Source: Octopus vulgaris
Lineage: Eukaryota
Assembly (NCBI GenBank): GCA_951406725.2
Contig: OX597829.1
Coordinates: forward strand, 620,001 to 684,000
DNA length: 64,000 bases
Reading direction: 5' to 3'
A model generated the notes under the pieces. It worked only from the letters and a program-made list of their open reading frames with translations. It searched no databases and was not told where the DNA came from. The translations under genes and the position numbers were made by a program. Position 1 is the first letter of the stretch; every line of letters starts with the position of its first letter. Below are positions 1 through 12,110 of the stretch, one piece after another.

Positions 1-435
1 GTGTGTGTGTGTGTGTGTGTGTGTGTGTATCAAACAGAGGCAAATTAAATTGAAGACAGCAACTACAACATCACAAAACATTCAAATATCAACACCACAG
101 TACCGCTTTTAGTGGTAACTATGAGCCAGTAATGGAGCCTCTGCATGGTCAACCAGGATACTAGAAATAGCAACCAATCTCCCATACGAGTACATTTGTG
201 ACTCTCAAATCTACCATCTTTAAATCTGCCATTTTCGTTTACGATTCGTTTAGAAGAAGGCTGACATAACATTTAACGATTCTTAGGGCCTCCGAGACAA
301 AAAAGATAAATCTGTGAAAAGTGTGCAAAGCACTAGATTATTTGTTTTGTGTGTTTGTAACAATAATCGTAATGCTTATATCCACTCTTGAGTTTATATT
401 CCAATAGATTTGGCAAATTTTCCTGCAAATTTTTG

Positions 436-478
436 CAACACTGAAAAGGCTCCAGAAGTCGAAATGCATCTGATGTTG
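436..478 (+). ncRNA. Degenerate minimal hammerhead ribozyme motif (Penelope-type)
   Basis: caaca-CTGAAAA-ggct ccaga agtc-GAAA-tgca-TC-tgatgttg; 4-bp stem II, palindromic stem III loop, G8->A substitution, imperfect stem I. Confidence 0.45.
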
Positions 479-1489
479 ACGCTGGCCGATGCAAGACGAG
501 AATTTTCGTCTCTATCTGATATTCATTGCGTTTTTAACACAGCAAACCCATAAGAGATGTTATCTCAGGAGAAATACTTCAATAACTGGCTTATCACTAG
601 TGTGTATACATTACGTATGCCACATAGATGGCTATTTTAAGTAAGCAGCGCATATACTAGATTTTGCGTCATTCGGACCGCTTTTCACAAAATCAGCGAA
701 CGTTCTATTCTCTTTTTCTGCATCAACCGTTTATTTCTCATCTGTACATGTGGTTACTGCGAGTACCCGCCATTGAATACTCTCAAAAGAGTAGATCGGT
801 GCTGGGCTGATGACCTCGAAATTTTTCAAGGTGTTACCCCAGCATAGCCACAGAAACAAGTAAAGGGTAAACAATAAATGTAAAGTGCTTTTTCCTTTCC
901 CTTTTTTTTTTTTTTTAACCGAAGTTAATATAAATCCGGTCCTGAATGATTCTCAGTTAAATTTCCTGAAAAGAAAGAAGCAGCTGGATTGGTTTATAAC
1001 CTTTCAAAAAACATTGTCAAGTAGCCGCTGTTTCTTTAGTTATAAGCAGCAGCAACACTTTACATTGTATTCTGTCTCTCAACAGCTGACGCGTCTATTG
1101 TTTGTGTATCTCATAATTCGGGACAGTAACAGCACCACGCAATTGAACGTGAGGTTGTTAATGTGTAATCGCATATATATCTAACCGTCATTAGGAAAGT
1201 ACTTATTTCTGTTTTCTCCGGATGCCATATTCTTGAATTAATTTAAATTTCACCCACAAAATTTTACAGAAATCAACGCTTGTAAGAGAGCCTTTGGAAC
1301 TTTAAATTTAGTGAAAATCATAATTATTGCCAAAAAAAAAAAAGAAAGTGGTGGGGGTGCAAAAAGTAGGGGCATTTCCCAATCGCTTAGATACCAATCG
1401 GCAACTGTATTGGACCACCTGTAATCTATGAACCTTGCAACATGACTACCCGACGGAACTCGAGCTTTCGGTATTATGCTTTCGGTTAA

Positions 1490-1720
1490 GGCGGCGAGCT
1501 GGCAGAATCGTTTGCCCGCCGGGCGAAATTCTTAGCGGTATTTCGTCTGCCGTTACGTTCTGAGTTCAAATTCCGCCGAGGTCGACTTTGCCTTTCATCC
1601 TTTCGGGGTCGATTAAATAAGTACCAGTTACGCACTGGGGTCGATATAATCGACTTATTCCGTGTGTCTGTCCTTGTTTGTCCTCTCTGTGTTTAGCCCC
1701 TTGTGGGCAATAAAGAAATA
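1490..1720 (+). mobile_element. tRNA-derived SINE, family A (full length)
   Basis: ggcggcgagctggcagaatcg (A-box-like) ... gagttcaaattcc (B-box-like) ... ccccttgtgggcaataaagaaata; the same sequence recurs about 9 times in the window. Confidence 0.9.
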
Positions 1721-2089
1721 GCTATTATGCAATCTCGTTGTTCACACCGCTCCGTTCTCAAATTTTCCCCCACCGAATTATGCTCTCACAGTTGATATAT
1801 TTTCAGTGGATCTTTCCGAGGATCTTTAAGTCACAACCAAAATAGATGTTCTTCCTTCTTACTAACCCACGTCACTCTTGTGCATAAGAACGCACGTAGG
1901 ACGGTGCTGTTTGAAGAGACTGTAACGTAAGAGGATTGTCGAGCTTTGCTTTAAGCACATACTTCATATACATACATATACACACATATAAATTATTTGT
2001 AAGTATATGTGTGTGCAGATATATATGTACATATATATGCATACATTTATGCAAATATACATACATATACATTGATACATACGACGTAC

Positions 2090-2142
<53 letters not shown>

Positions 2143-2190
2143 TAAATAAATGGAGTTGAACGAAGATGCTATTAAAATTCTTTTACTTTC

Positions 2191-2263
2191 GACATATGTT
2201 TCGAAGACAACATGGTTTTATTCCAAAGGAATAAACAGTGTAAAATGCAATCTTCTCATCATC
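2191..2263 (-). ncRNA. Degenerate hammerhead motif
   Basis: Minus strand: ATGATGA-gaaga...tcttc-GAAAC-atat-GTC; 5-bp stem II and palindromic stem III, but stem I is not evident. Confidence 0.4.
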
Positions 2264-2409
2264 ATCCGTGTTACTTGCGTTAATTTTGCTACCCTGGTAA
2301 CTGTTTATTGAATTTTCCATGTTAACGGTAAACAAAGGATAATTCATTCATCCATTTAAATATATATATATAATATTATTTATTTATTTGTTTATATAGT
2401 TGACATTTA

Positions 2410-2560
2410 CAGGAAAACAAAAAATGAAGACAAGTGTATGAGCAACAAGCGGCTGTATTAGTTCGACGCTCAGGAAAGCGAGAAAGTCTTTTACGTTTCG
2501 AGCCTACGCTCTTAAATAGAAAAGTATAAGAGAAAATAAACAGAGAATTAAAAAAAGAAA
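2410..2560 (-). mobile_element. Hammerhead-bearing Penelope-like non-autonomous repeat, family F (diverged copy)
   Basis: Reverse complement contains gagcgtaggctcgaaacgtaaaagac, shared with 6370, 34190 and 36520. Confidence 0.65.
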
Positions 2561-2758
2561 CATAATAGCATAAAGGATATTTTTTATTGTCTTTAATTGT
2601 GATTAAGGATACCCAAGCACCTATATTGCAACAAAAAAGAGTTAAGCGCGTTTGAGTAGTCACTACTGACGAATCTACGACTGCTAGCGGATCTAGTCAA
2701 GTGAGCCTCGAGATTCACGGAGTGGTTACCTCCCCTGTCAGTGTATACACACACACAC

Positions 2759-2811
<53 letters not shown>

Positions 2812-2992
2812 AATATACATATATATGTTGCGCGTTTCTTGCAATATTAAGAGATTTTAACTCTTCTTTCTTGCAATATAGGTACTTCAGCACCCATAGT
2901 CAAAAATTAGTGATGATAAAAATTTTCCCTTTATGGTATTATATTGCACGCTTATAAAGGGTAAGGTACCTTCGTAAGCCCACGCTCTTATA

Positions 2993-3190
2993 TCAAAGCT
3001 GGACCTCTTCCTGTCGAGAGTCCCAGATGAACCTACCTCACGGCAAGAGGTGCAAATGAGAGTAGCTTTATCAAACTCCATTCTTCACCAAGTACCACAT
3101 ATTAGAGGAGGCTTTTAATAACAACAGCGTAGCACAAAACGGCGGTGCATCAGCATGGCCACAGCTCTGAGCTGAAACTAGAAGAAAATA
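2993..3190 (+). mobile_element. CR1-like LINE 3' end (ORF2 C-terminus plus tail)
   Basis: Translates SKLDLFLSRVPDEPTSRQEVQMRVALSNSILHQVPHIRGGF*; homologous to 9265-9500; tail ggcggtgcatcagcatggccacag. Confidence 0.7.
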
Positions 3191-3222
3191 TATATTATAT
3201 ATATATGTATATATACACACAC

Positions 3223-3256
<34 letters not shown>

Positions 3257-3659
3257 GTATATATATGTATATGTATGTATGTGCATATATATGTGTCTGT
3301 GTGTATGTATGTATATGTATATATATATATATAGATGTGTATATATAGATATATTTAAATAAATATATATATATATATATAAATATATACATATATATAC
3401 ACACACACATATACATATATACACACACACATTTATATATATATATATGTAGCATATATGTATATTTACTGGGCTGTACAGTTACATAAGTTACTGAGAC
3501 GCCGAGTACTTGGTCCAGTATACATATATATATGTATATATGTATGTGTATGTGTGTGTGTGCGTGTTTGTGAGCGCGCGTGTAAGCAGAACTGCAAGTT
3601 TGTGGAAGCGAAGAAATAAAAATATAAACCTGTGAAAGTATAAAAATAAAAGTATAAAA

Positions 3660-3692
<33 letters not shown>

Positions 3693-4360
3693 AAGTTAGA
3701 ATAAGTAATACAATAAAGCGTTTTAAGGAGATAAAAACTGTCCTTAATCAGCTTAGAAGTAGCTATAGAGAGCGAAACCTGAGAATTGAATAAAAACAGC
3801 CAAGTTCTTGACTTAAAGCTTAGAGGAGAAAGATAAAGGATGAAAAAAATAAAAGCATATATATAGAGAAAGATGGCGGCGGCGGATAAGAGCGTCGATC
3901 AACTTGACCGACTCAGAATAAGACTGGCGTTGTTGCCGCCTTTTTATTCTTCACTACCTCATACTAGCCTCCTGCCAGGATTGCTTCCATTGCAGCTTAC
4001 TGCTGCTGCTGAGACTACTGCCGCTGTTATTGTTGTTGTTGTTGCTTGTTGTTGTTACTGTTGTTGTTTTTGTTCTTTTTGCCTCGACTGTGCTTCTCCT
4101 TTGCTCTGGCAGGACACTCGTCTTATTGAAAGCGACGTGGTTCCTCAGACCTATAAGGTCACCGATTAATGCCTTATTATAACTGCAGTCGCCTCCTCCA
4201 CTTTCCTGCTTTCTTTTCTTTACCTCCTCCACCTTCTCCTCCTCCACCACCTCCTCTTCCTAATACTACTACTACTCATGTTACCCTTTATCAATCTACT
4301 TTTCTTCCTCCACCTTCTTCTTCATCGTCGTCTCCTTGTACCACATACCCTCTTTTTCAT

Positions 4361-4441
4361 CTTCTTCTTCTTCTTCTTCTTCTTCTTCTTCTTCTTCTTC
4401 TTCTTCTTCTTCTTCTTCTTCTTCTTCTTCTTCTTCTTCTT
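4361..4441 (+). repeat. (CTT)n microsatellite
   Basis: Perfect trinucleotide run. Confidence 0.95.
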
Positions 4442-4553
4442 TTTCCTCTCCCTATATAATTAGATATATATATATGAGTACATGTGCAAGCATGACTTTA
4501 TATATTATATATATATATATATATAAATATAAATATATATACATATGCATGTA

Positions 4554-4592
<39 letters not shown>

Positions 4593-4612
4593 ATACATAT
4601 ATACATACGTAT

Positions 4613-4679
<67 letters not shown>

Positions 4680-4924
4680 TATATTCATCGTCTGTGAGTA
4701 TGAAACACCTCCTCATATCTCTGGAAATTTACACCTACACTACGAATTAATTCACCTTCTCTGTGAAACTAATAAGCTTTTTTAAAACCTGTGATAAGAC
4801 TGTGCATCATCATTAAAGAACTTCGGAAGTCTGTTTACAACCTGAATCTGCTTTTAATGAAATTATCTCCGATACTTCATGAGTGTAGCCTCACCCACTA
4901 AGATGTCTAGAGAACTCAAATGCA

Positions 4925-5015
4925 TTTTAGCTGATGAGTACGGGACACTTTTATCTGCTGCAATATTTGCAACTTTTAATAAAGCCTGTCTTTGTATGAA
5001 ACAATTGTACTAAAA
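4925..5015 (+). ncRNA. Type-I hammerhead ribozyme with canonical core, inside a ~480-bp element (about 4685-5165) flanked by (TA)n
   Basis: ttttag-CTGATGA-gtacgggaca...tgtctttgtat-GAAAC-aatt-GTA-ctaaaa; 6-bp stem I, long stem II, palindromic stem III; predicted cleavage after 5009. Confidence 0.8.
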
Positions 5016-5231
5016 ACTAATCCATTCTTGTTGCTTCTTTCTCGTTTATAATCACCCCACATTACTGTATGGTTAACACCATATAGTTTTTCTGGTGCAT
5101 CTAAGTTAAGTACCGCATTCAAGTGAATTCATTAGAATTGACTTGAATCTTAATTGCTTTTATTGTATATATATATATATATATATATATAAAAGCATAT
5201 ATATACATATATATACATACATATATTCTTT

Positions 5232-5512
5232 TTATTCTTTTACTTGTTTCAGTAATGTAACTGTGCATGCCGTTAGGCGAGCAAATCGACCCCAGGACTT
5301 AGTCTTTGTAAGCCTAGTAATTATTCTATACAACTTTTTTTGCCGAACCGCTAAGTTACGAGGACGTAACACGCCAGCATCGGTTGTCAAGCGATGTTGG
5401 GGGGGACAAACACAGGCATACAAACGTATATACACACACATACATATACATATACATATATATGACGAGCTTCTTTCAGTTTCCGACTGCCAAATCCACT
5501 TACAAGGCTTTG
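5232..5512 (-). mobile_element. SINE family B, partial
   Basis: Reverse complement of the family B tail (ccgaaccgctaagttacg, gttgtcaagcgatg, ttctttcagtttcc). Confidence 0.85.
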
Positions 5513-5865
5513 AAGCATATATATTATATACATATATATATGTTTTATTTTTCAGCTCAGTTTTGTATGTCGAGCTGATATTTTTCAAGCACAAGATCCA
5601 AATTTTCAACGAAATGCAATAGTTTCTACCACCGTAACAAAAATCTCTGTGTTCAACTGGTAATTCTGTTATGTACATCAAAAGAGTGAAAGGCAAGGTC
5701 GACCTCGGCGGCATTAACCACAACAAAACCACTATCTCAAAACATCTGCACTTTATATTCTGCCGATTTTGATCAAATATTTAGAAGAACACGAAACCAC
5801 CTGCATGCTTCACATTACACATATAAATATATGTGTGTGCATGTATATATATATATATATGTGTG

Positions 5866-5918
<53 letters not shown>

Positions 5919-5921
5919 ATA

Positions 5922-6092
5922 GGAGCAGGAGTGGATGTGTGGTAAGTAGCTTGCTAACCAACCACATGGTTCCGGGTTCAGTCCCACTGCGTGGCATCTT
6001 GTGCAAGTGTCTTCTGCTATAGCCCCGGGCCGACCAATGCCTTGTGAGTGGATTTGGTAGACGGAAACTGAAAGAAGCCTGTCGTATATATG

Positions 6093-6141
<49 letters not shown>

Positions 6142-6342
6142 TTGTGTGCCTGTGTTTGTCCCCCTAGAATTGCTTGACAACCGATGCTGGTGTGTTTACG
6201 TCTCCGTCACTTTGCGGTTCGGCAAAAAGAGACCGATAGAATAAGTACTGGGCTTACAAAGAATAAATCCCGGGGTTGATTTGCTCGACTAAAGGCGGTG
6301 CTCCAGCATGGCCGCAGTTAAATGTCTGGAACAAGTAAAAGA
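5922..6342 (+). mobile_element. tRNA-derived SINE family B (full length, internal microsatellite)
   Basis: gtggatgtgtggtaag A-box, ggttcagtccc B-box, cttgtgcaagtg CORE-like block, internal TA/TG tract, tail ggcggtgctccagcatggccgcag...acaagtaaaaga; about 15 copies in the window. Confidence 0.9.
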
Positions 6343-6369
6343 AGATGTATGTAATGTGAAGCATGTATA

Positions 6370-6552
6370 TCGTCAGCCACTACACACATTTTTTTTCTCT
6401 CCTTGTTTTATTCTGTGTCCTTTTCTGTAGAAGAGCGTAGGCCCGAAACGTAAAAGATTTTTTCTATTCCTGAGCGTTATACTAATACATCTGTTTGTTT
6501 TGTACACGACCTGTCTTCGTCTTTTGTTCTTTTATTTTTTCGTAAACTCTCC
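6370..6552 (+). mobile_element. Family F Penelope-like repeat with hammerhead-like motif (CTGTAGA core, 6421-6456)
   Basis: tttt-CTGTAGA-a-gagc gtag gccc-GAAAC-GTA-aaag; near-identical to 34190-34345. Confidence 0.7.
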
Positions 6553-6766
6553 ATATATATATATATATATATATATACCTGCTGCTTCTTAAACCATTCT
6601 GTTGGCCTTCGTATCTCGACCAACATGTGTCCCCGCTACCGAAACGGTAATTATTTCTACGCCAGCTATGTTGTTGTGAATGATTTGTCTGTGTTCCGTG
6701 TTCGTCCCTTCCTGTGTTTCACGTTCATTATATATAAAAACATTCATTTATATATATATATATATG

Positions 6767-7085
6767 GACTGCCTCTGCGACGTTTACGACAACGAGGCTT
6801 CCTGTTGACCCAATCAACAACCGCCTCGTGAAGTTAACATGCAAGTTGCTGAGAACTCCGCAGAAACGCGTACACTTGACTTAGTTTTCAGGGAAGTAGA
6901 GCATTGCACAGAATGTTTCAAAGCTGGCCTTCTTTGAATTGCAGATACTCATTTTCGCTAGCTAAGGTAGACTGGAGCAACGTCAAATACAGTGTCTTGC
7001 TCAAGGACACAACTCGCCGCCGGAAATCGAACTCACAATCCCACGATCGTGAGCTAAACATCCTAACCACTACGCTACACACCTT
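6767..7085 (-). mobile_element. tRNA-derived SINE family C
   Basis: Reverse complement aligns with 16982-17300 (gtgtcttgctcaaggacac block, tRNA-like head). Confidence 0.8.
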
Positions 7086-7144
7086 CATATATATATATAT
7101 ATTAAGATAAAACTTACTTAGAAGTGGATGCGTGCGTTCTGTCA

Positions 7145-7760
7145 TATAATAACAAAATAATAAATAAAACACATGCATATATACATACATATATGTACGT
7201 ACCTACATCTTTATGTATATATACATGCTTATATGGGTACAGGACACAAAAAAAATAAGACGTCGAACACAATGAGAAACGAAAACATAAACACAAAACC
7301 AAGGAAATGGACATTTTTCTTAAACAACGAAAAAAAGCGTACAAGACATAGAACACAAGGAACATTCCCCTTCTTCAGCCGCTCCTGTTTCATCTACCCC
7401 GCGTTTCGAAGGTAAAGGCGAGACACAACTTCCTTGAAACACTCCTTCCCGCAAAAGCAAATTAAATAAAATTTGAGATTTTTTTGCGGAGGGGTAAAAA
7501 TGGTAACAAAAACAGGACAGTAAAAACAATACAAAATATAAATGTAAAAGACAGATATATATGTATGTATAGTTAATCCAAACATGAAAACACAAAGAGA
7601 AAACACAACAACGCGAGGACGTGGAACAAGTATAGTGTTATTGGACGCTCAGGAAAGGAAAGAAAGAAGGAGGATCTAACGTTTCGAGCGGAGCTCCTCG
7701 TCAAAAACATAGGAAAAGGAAAGATCCAAAGAATTGAAGACGGAGGAAAAAATCGCCAAT
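7145..7760 (-). mobile_element. Penelope-like non-autonomous repeat, family E, with hammerhead motif at 7674-7708
   Basis: Homologous to 11575-11825 and 55340-55770; minus strand gttt-TTGACGA-g-gagc tcc gctc-GAAAC-GTT-agat. Confidence 0.65.
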
Positions 7761-7813
7761 AGTACATATATATACAATAGTACATATATATACAATAGTA
7801 CATATATACAATA

Positions 7814-7869
<56 letters not shown>

Positions 7870-7940
7870 ATCTCTACGTTTGTATTCTACATATTCATGT
7901 GCTTGTGTATTCGTGTTTGTGTGTTTGTGTGCGTGTGCGT

Positions 7941-7972
<32 letters not shown>

Positions 7973-8476
7973 TTGCATGTGTGTGTGTGTACCTCTGTCT
8001 CCTTGTGTGTGCATGTTTGAGTGAGTCTGTGTATGATGGATAGATTGATTCATTCATTTGATTACAATGTATCCTTAACGGATCAAGGAACATCAAAGCG
8101 ATGCACGCCCACAAACATTGGTCACATAGAATGACGTAAGCCAGCCAGCTACGTAATTCATTATCACAGCACGGAACGCATCGATGGAAAGTAGTTCACA
8201 GTTGATTGGTAATCCACGACTCCATTAATATCCAAAAGTGTCCAGTGAATGGGAGAGAAACTGCAGCGTAAAAACATAATAATAATATCAGATGAATGGG
8301 TTATCTAGTACTGCTACAGTTGTTTCGTTAAGACGTAAATATACCACAGTCAAGTAATGCAGTGTGCACAACATCTGTAATGTACGTAATATTTTTCGCA
8401 ACTCTCAAAGCATCGGCCTTCTCTAATCAGTACGATAACAATTTATATAATGTGGGGTTATATATATATATATATA

Positions 8477-9048
8477 TAATAGAAATATTAAAATTACTAA
8501 GTCTCTCTAAAGGAGATTACGGCAGCGTTACTGGATATTAATAGTTATCGCCATACTAATATGGCAGTCTATAAATAAGACTAAAGCTGTCGCTGATTAG
8601 CTCCAAGAGGCCATCGCCTCTAGCTAGCTATATGAAACACGATCCTGCGTCCATTACAACCTTCGAACAAGGGAGGTCAGCCGCTTCGCCTTGCTAGTCA
8701 GACATCTGCAGACATGTTTCAGGGTTGTTGCCCTTTATCAATGCAGCGTAGTCAGAACCAGCAGATGTCGCTACTGACCGTCTGTTCGAAGATTTTATTT
8801 ACCTAGTTACAGTGGAATACATCCACTTGTTTTCAGTAATAGAAATATTAAAATTACTAAGTCTCTCTAAAGGAGATTACGGCAGCGTTACTGGATATTA
8901 ATAGTTATCGCCATACTAATATCGAAGGTTGTAATGGACGCAGGTTCGTGTGTCATATAGCTAGCTAGAGGCGATGGCCTCTTGGAGCTAATCAACGACA
9001 GCTTTAGTCTTATTTATAGACTGCCATATTAGTATGGCGATAACTATT
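8477..9048 (-). mobile_element. Retrozyme/Penelope-type element: 360-bp monomer, 86-bp tandem re-start and 126-bp inversion
   Basis: 8477-8562 matches 8837-8922; 8923-9048 is the near-identical reverse complement of 8540-8665; flanked by (TA)n; contains a hammerhead. Confidence 0.8.
8706..8746 (-). ncRNA. Minimal hammerhead ribozyme, U3:A8 variant
   Basis: ctgca-TTGATAA-aggg caacaa ccct-GAAAC-at-GTC-tgcag; stems I and II fully paired, palindromic stem III. Confidence 0.8.
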
Positions 9049-9061
9049 TATATATATATAT

Positions 9062-9238
9062 ACGGATTAAGTCGATTACATCGACCCCAATGCGTAACTG
9101 TTACTTAATTTATTGACCCCGAAAGGATGAAAGGCAAAGTCGACCTCGGCGGAATTTGAGCTCAGAACGTAGCGGTAGACGAAATACGGCTGCGCATTTC
9201 GCCCGGCGTGCTAACGCCTCTGCCAGCCCCTCGCCGCC
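9062..9238 (-). mobile_element. SINE family A
   Basis: Reverse complement of family A (gaaaggatgaaaggcaaagtcgacctcggcggaatttga). Confidence 0.9.
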
Positions 9239-9264
9239 CTTGCTTACATTACAATTGCAAGCAT

Positions 9265-9500
9265 TATCTTTTACTCTTTTACACATATCAGCCCCAAGGC
9301 TGTGGCCATGATTGGGCACAACCAGTGTAATCACCCCTTAAATAGCCAATTCTATGTGATCGGCTTTGGTGAAGGAGGGAATTCGACACTGCTGGCTCTT
9401 TTTGAATCTCCTTCCTTGATATTGGTTCACATGGAATCTTGGATAGCAGGGGGTCAAGTTGTTTCTTGAAAACATTATCCCCTATTCCATGAAGACCCCT
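9265..9500 (-). mobile_element. CR1-like LINE 3' end
   Basis: LHGIGDNVFKKQLDPLLSKIPCEPISRKEIQKEPAVSNSLLHQ, paralogous to 2993-3118; tail gtgcccaatcatggccacagcc...gtaaaagag. Confidence 0.65.
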
Positions 9501-9509
9501 ATTCTCCTT

Positions 9510-9711
9510 ATTCTTTAATCTTTTACTTGTTTCAAACACTAGACTGCGGCCATACTGCAGCACGGCTTTGAAGAATTTTAGACGAGCGAAACCACCTCAA
9601 TCCTTTTCCTTCTGAGCCAAGTACTTATTCTATCATTTTCTTAATCCGAACCGCTAAGTTACGGACACAAAATCAACAACACCGGTTGTCAGGCAATGGT
9701 GGGGCCGAAAG

Positions 9712-9715
<4 letters not shown>
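9510..9715 (-). mobile_element. SINE family B 3' half
   Basis: ttttacttgtttca...ctgcggccatactgcagcac...ccgaaccgctaagttacgg. Confidence 0.8.
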
Positions 9716-9747
<32 letters not shown>

Positions 9748-9964
9748 ACATACATATACGTATATACATATACATATAAACACATATAAACACACACGCA
9801 CATGCACACACACATCTACATAGCTGCCCACTAAATATTCTACCTAAGTAGTCATATCCATATACACACATTTTATATATACAGGTAGAACAGTTAGTGG
9901 GCTGTTATGTAGATGTATGTATATGTGTGTGGGTATGCCTTCTCCCGTGACTCAAAGAGACAAT

Positions 9965-10215
9965 TTTTCTCCTTAGAATGCGTTCTGTACCCAACAATGC
10001 TGTCTTCTGGATCACCTCGAGCCTGACAGCAGCTCCTAATGCTCCAGTTACCACTGGTATCACCATTACTTTCCTCATGCCCCATAACTTTCCTATCTCG
10101 TCCCGCAGTGGCTGGTATTTCTCACTATTTTCTGTTTCCTTACATTTCAACCTCGAATCGCCTGCTATTGCAACATCTATCATCTTTGCTTCATTTTCAT
10201 CTTTATGGATGATTA
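9965..10215 (-). pseudogene. R4/Dong-like non-LTR retrotransposon RLE-domain fragment
   Basis: MIDVAIAGDSRLKCKETENSEKYQPLRDEIGKLWGMRKVMVIPVVTGALG...IQKTALLGTERILRR; paralogous to the 41.7 and 43.4 kb fragments; abuts a degenerate TAA/TTA tract. Confidence 0.75.
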
Positions 10216-10353
10216 TCATTATTGCTATTATTAATATCATTATTATTATTATTACAATTATTATTTTAGTGTCCTTTCCTTTGTCACTAAAATACGAATA
10301 ATGATTTCACATCAGGAATCTTGCAAAATAGATATATAAACGTATATGTAAAA

Positions 10354-10384
<31 letters not shown>

Positions 10385-10529
10385 TTGATTTGAAAACCCC
10401 ACTGGATTGGGAGAAAGCGCTAATAATCCGAATGATGTGATCTGAATGATATGATAGATATATATGTAAAAAATGTAATATATAAATAAATATCTATAAA
10501 TATGAACCATCCGATCTGATTACCTCAGT

Positions 10530-10590
<61 letters not shown>

Positions 10591-11504
10591 CCTATCCATC
10601 TATTTATACATTCTTCCATATACAAGCGTGTATAGATTTGTAACTATTTACTATTTCATGCGTTCGTGTAGGTAAACTTGTGTGAGTAGACGCGCATGCG
10701 CTCGTGCACATAAATTTAGTTCACGTCACCACAAAGTTCACCGTTGGTGATTTGAGTTATTGAAGGTGGCAGCAGTGGTAACGATGGCGGAGGGAGAATG
10801 TGTTTTACCACCCAACCCACGCTCCCCCACCCTCACTACTTAAAAAAAATTTTTTCTTTTACTTCCATACCACCGTAAGTACGCACTTATATGCGCGCAC
10901 CCGCTTTACTCTACATTTCACTTACCTTAGAGTCGTTTAACCCCGAGTTATATAATTTACGCGGTAGGGGGTTGAATGCCTCTCACAGCTACCCGCAAGC
11001 TGTGACCTGTAAGGGGAAGCTTAGACGTAGGGGTCACTATGGACCTCTTGAGTAATCATTTAACCAATATCAACACTACCGGAAGCTGTGATCATGCTGT
11101 AGCACCGCCTGTTACAAATACAGACAAAACTAATCGATACTTTATTCAGCAAAAAGAAATTTAAAAGCGCAAATTCTTTCTTATATATAAATACGTTTTA
11201 CTCTTCTTTTCTTATTCTCATGTTTTTTTTATCCAATTTGCTCACTGGGTTGCGGCCAAGCTGGTGCATCAAGTTGTTGGGCTTAGTCGGACAAAATGAC
11301 ACCCAGTATTTCTGAGCTTCTTTTTTTTCTTAAACAAAAAAAAAAAACTCAGTTATAAAATTTCTATTGACGAACAGTCAAATGACAGGGACGTAACAAA
11401 ACCAACACCGGTTGTCAAGCTTTAGGGATCTGAGGTAAGGCAAACAAAAATATGCAGACGCAACTATCTATTTATTTATTTATATATGTGTGTGTATTTA
11501 TATG

Positions 11505-11556
<52 letters not shown>

Positions 11557-11574
11557 TATATATATAAATATATA

Positions 11575-11821
11575 TGATAAGTTAATAAATAAAACATATG
11601 CATACATACATATATGTACGTACCTACCTCTACATGTATATATACACACATATATGGGTACAGGACACAAAAAAACGTCGAACACAATGAGAAACGGATA
11701 CATAATAACAAAAACATGGAAACGAACTATTTTTCAAAGAACGAAAAAACAGAGAAACAAGACATACAACACAAGGAATATTCCCCTTCAGCTGCCCCTG
11801 CTTCGACTACTACGTGTTTCG

Positions 11822-11825
<4 letters not shown>
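11575..11825 (-). mobile_element. Family E repeat, truncated
   Basis: Shares atatgtacgtacctac...gggtacaggacac...gtttcgaagg with 7145-7410. Confidence 0.75.
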
Positions 11826-11899
<74 letters not shown>

Positions 11900-11901
<2 letters not shown>

Positions 11902-12110
11902 GGAGTAAACACATAAATGTAAAACAAGGTGGAAAAAAGAGTACTCAAATACCAGTGGTAGAGTAATATGCTTTATTTTAAGCAACAGAAAATTCAACAA
12001 AATCTGTTACTCTGAGTTTCTCGTTGCCGTTCATCAGACAGTTGAACGGCAACGAGAAACTCAGAGTAACAGATTTTGTTGAATTTTCTGCTGCTTAAAA
12101 TAAAGTATAT
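11900..12110 (-). mobile_element. Penelope-type element with a 68-bp inverted repeat and a hammerhead (12004-12041)
   Basis: Arms 11966-12033 and 12043-12110; minus strand ctgt-CTGATGA-acg gcaa cga-GAAAC-tcaga-GTA-acag; flanked by (TA)n. Confidence 0.75.

Noticed and set aside
3710-3756. Hammerhead-like ctgatta-agga...tcct motif (also 8310-8412 and 2828-2892)
   Set aside because: Multiple core substitutions and weak or absent stems; too degenerate to call
3873-4250. Short ORFs beginning MAAADKS and the antisense 98-aa ORF
   Set aside because: Low-complexity, no recognisable domain and no clear splice structure
7365-7415. Type-II hammerhead in family E (minus strand GAAAC...CTGAAGAAGG; also at 55555-55600)
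   Set aside because: The half-cores are present but stem I does not pair in any of the three copies
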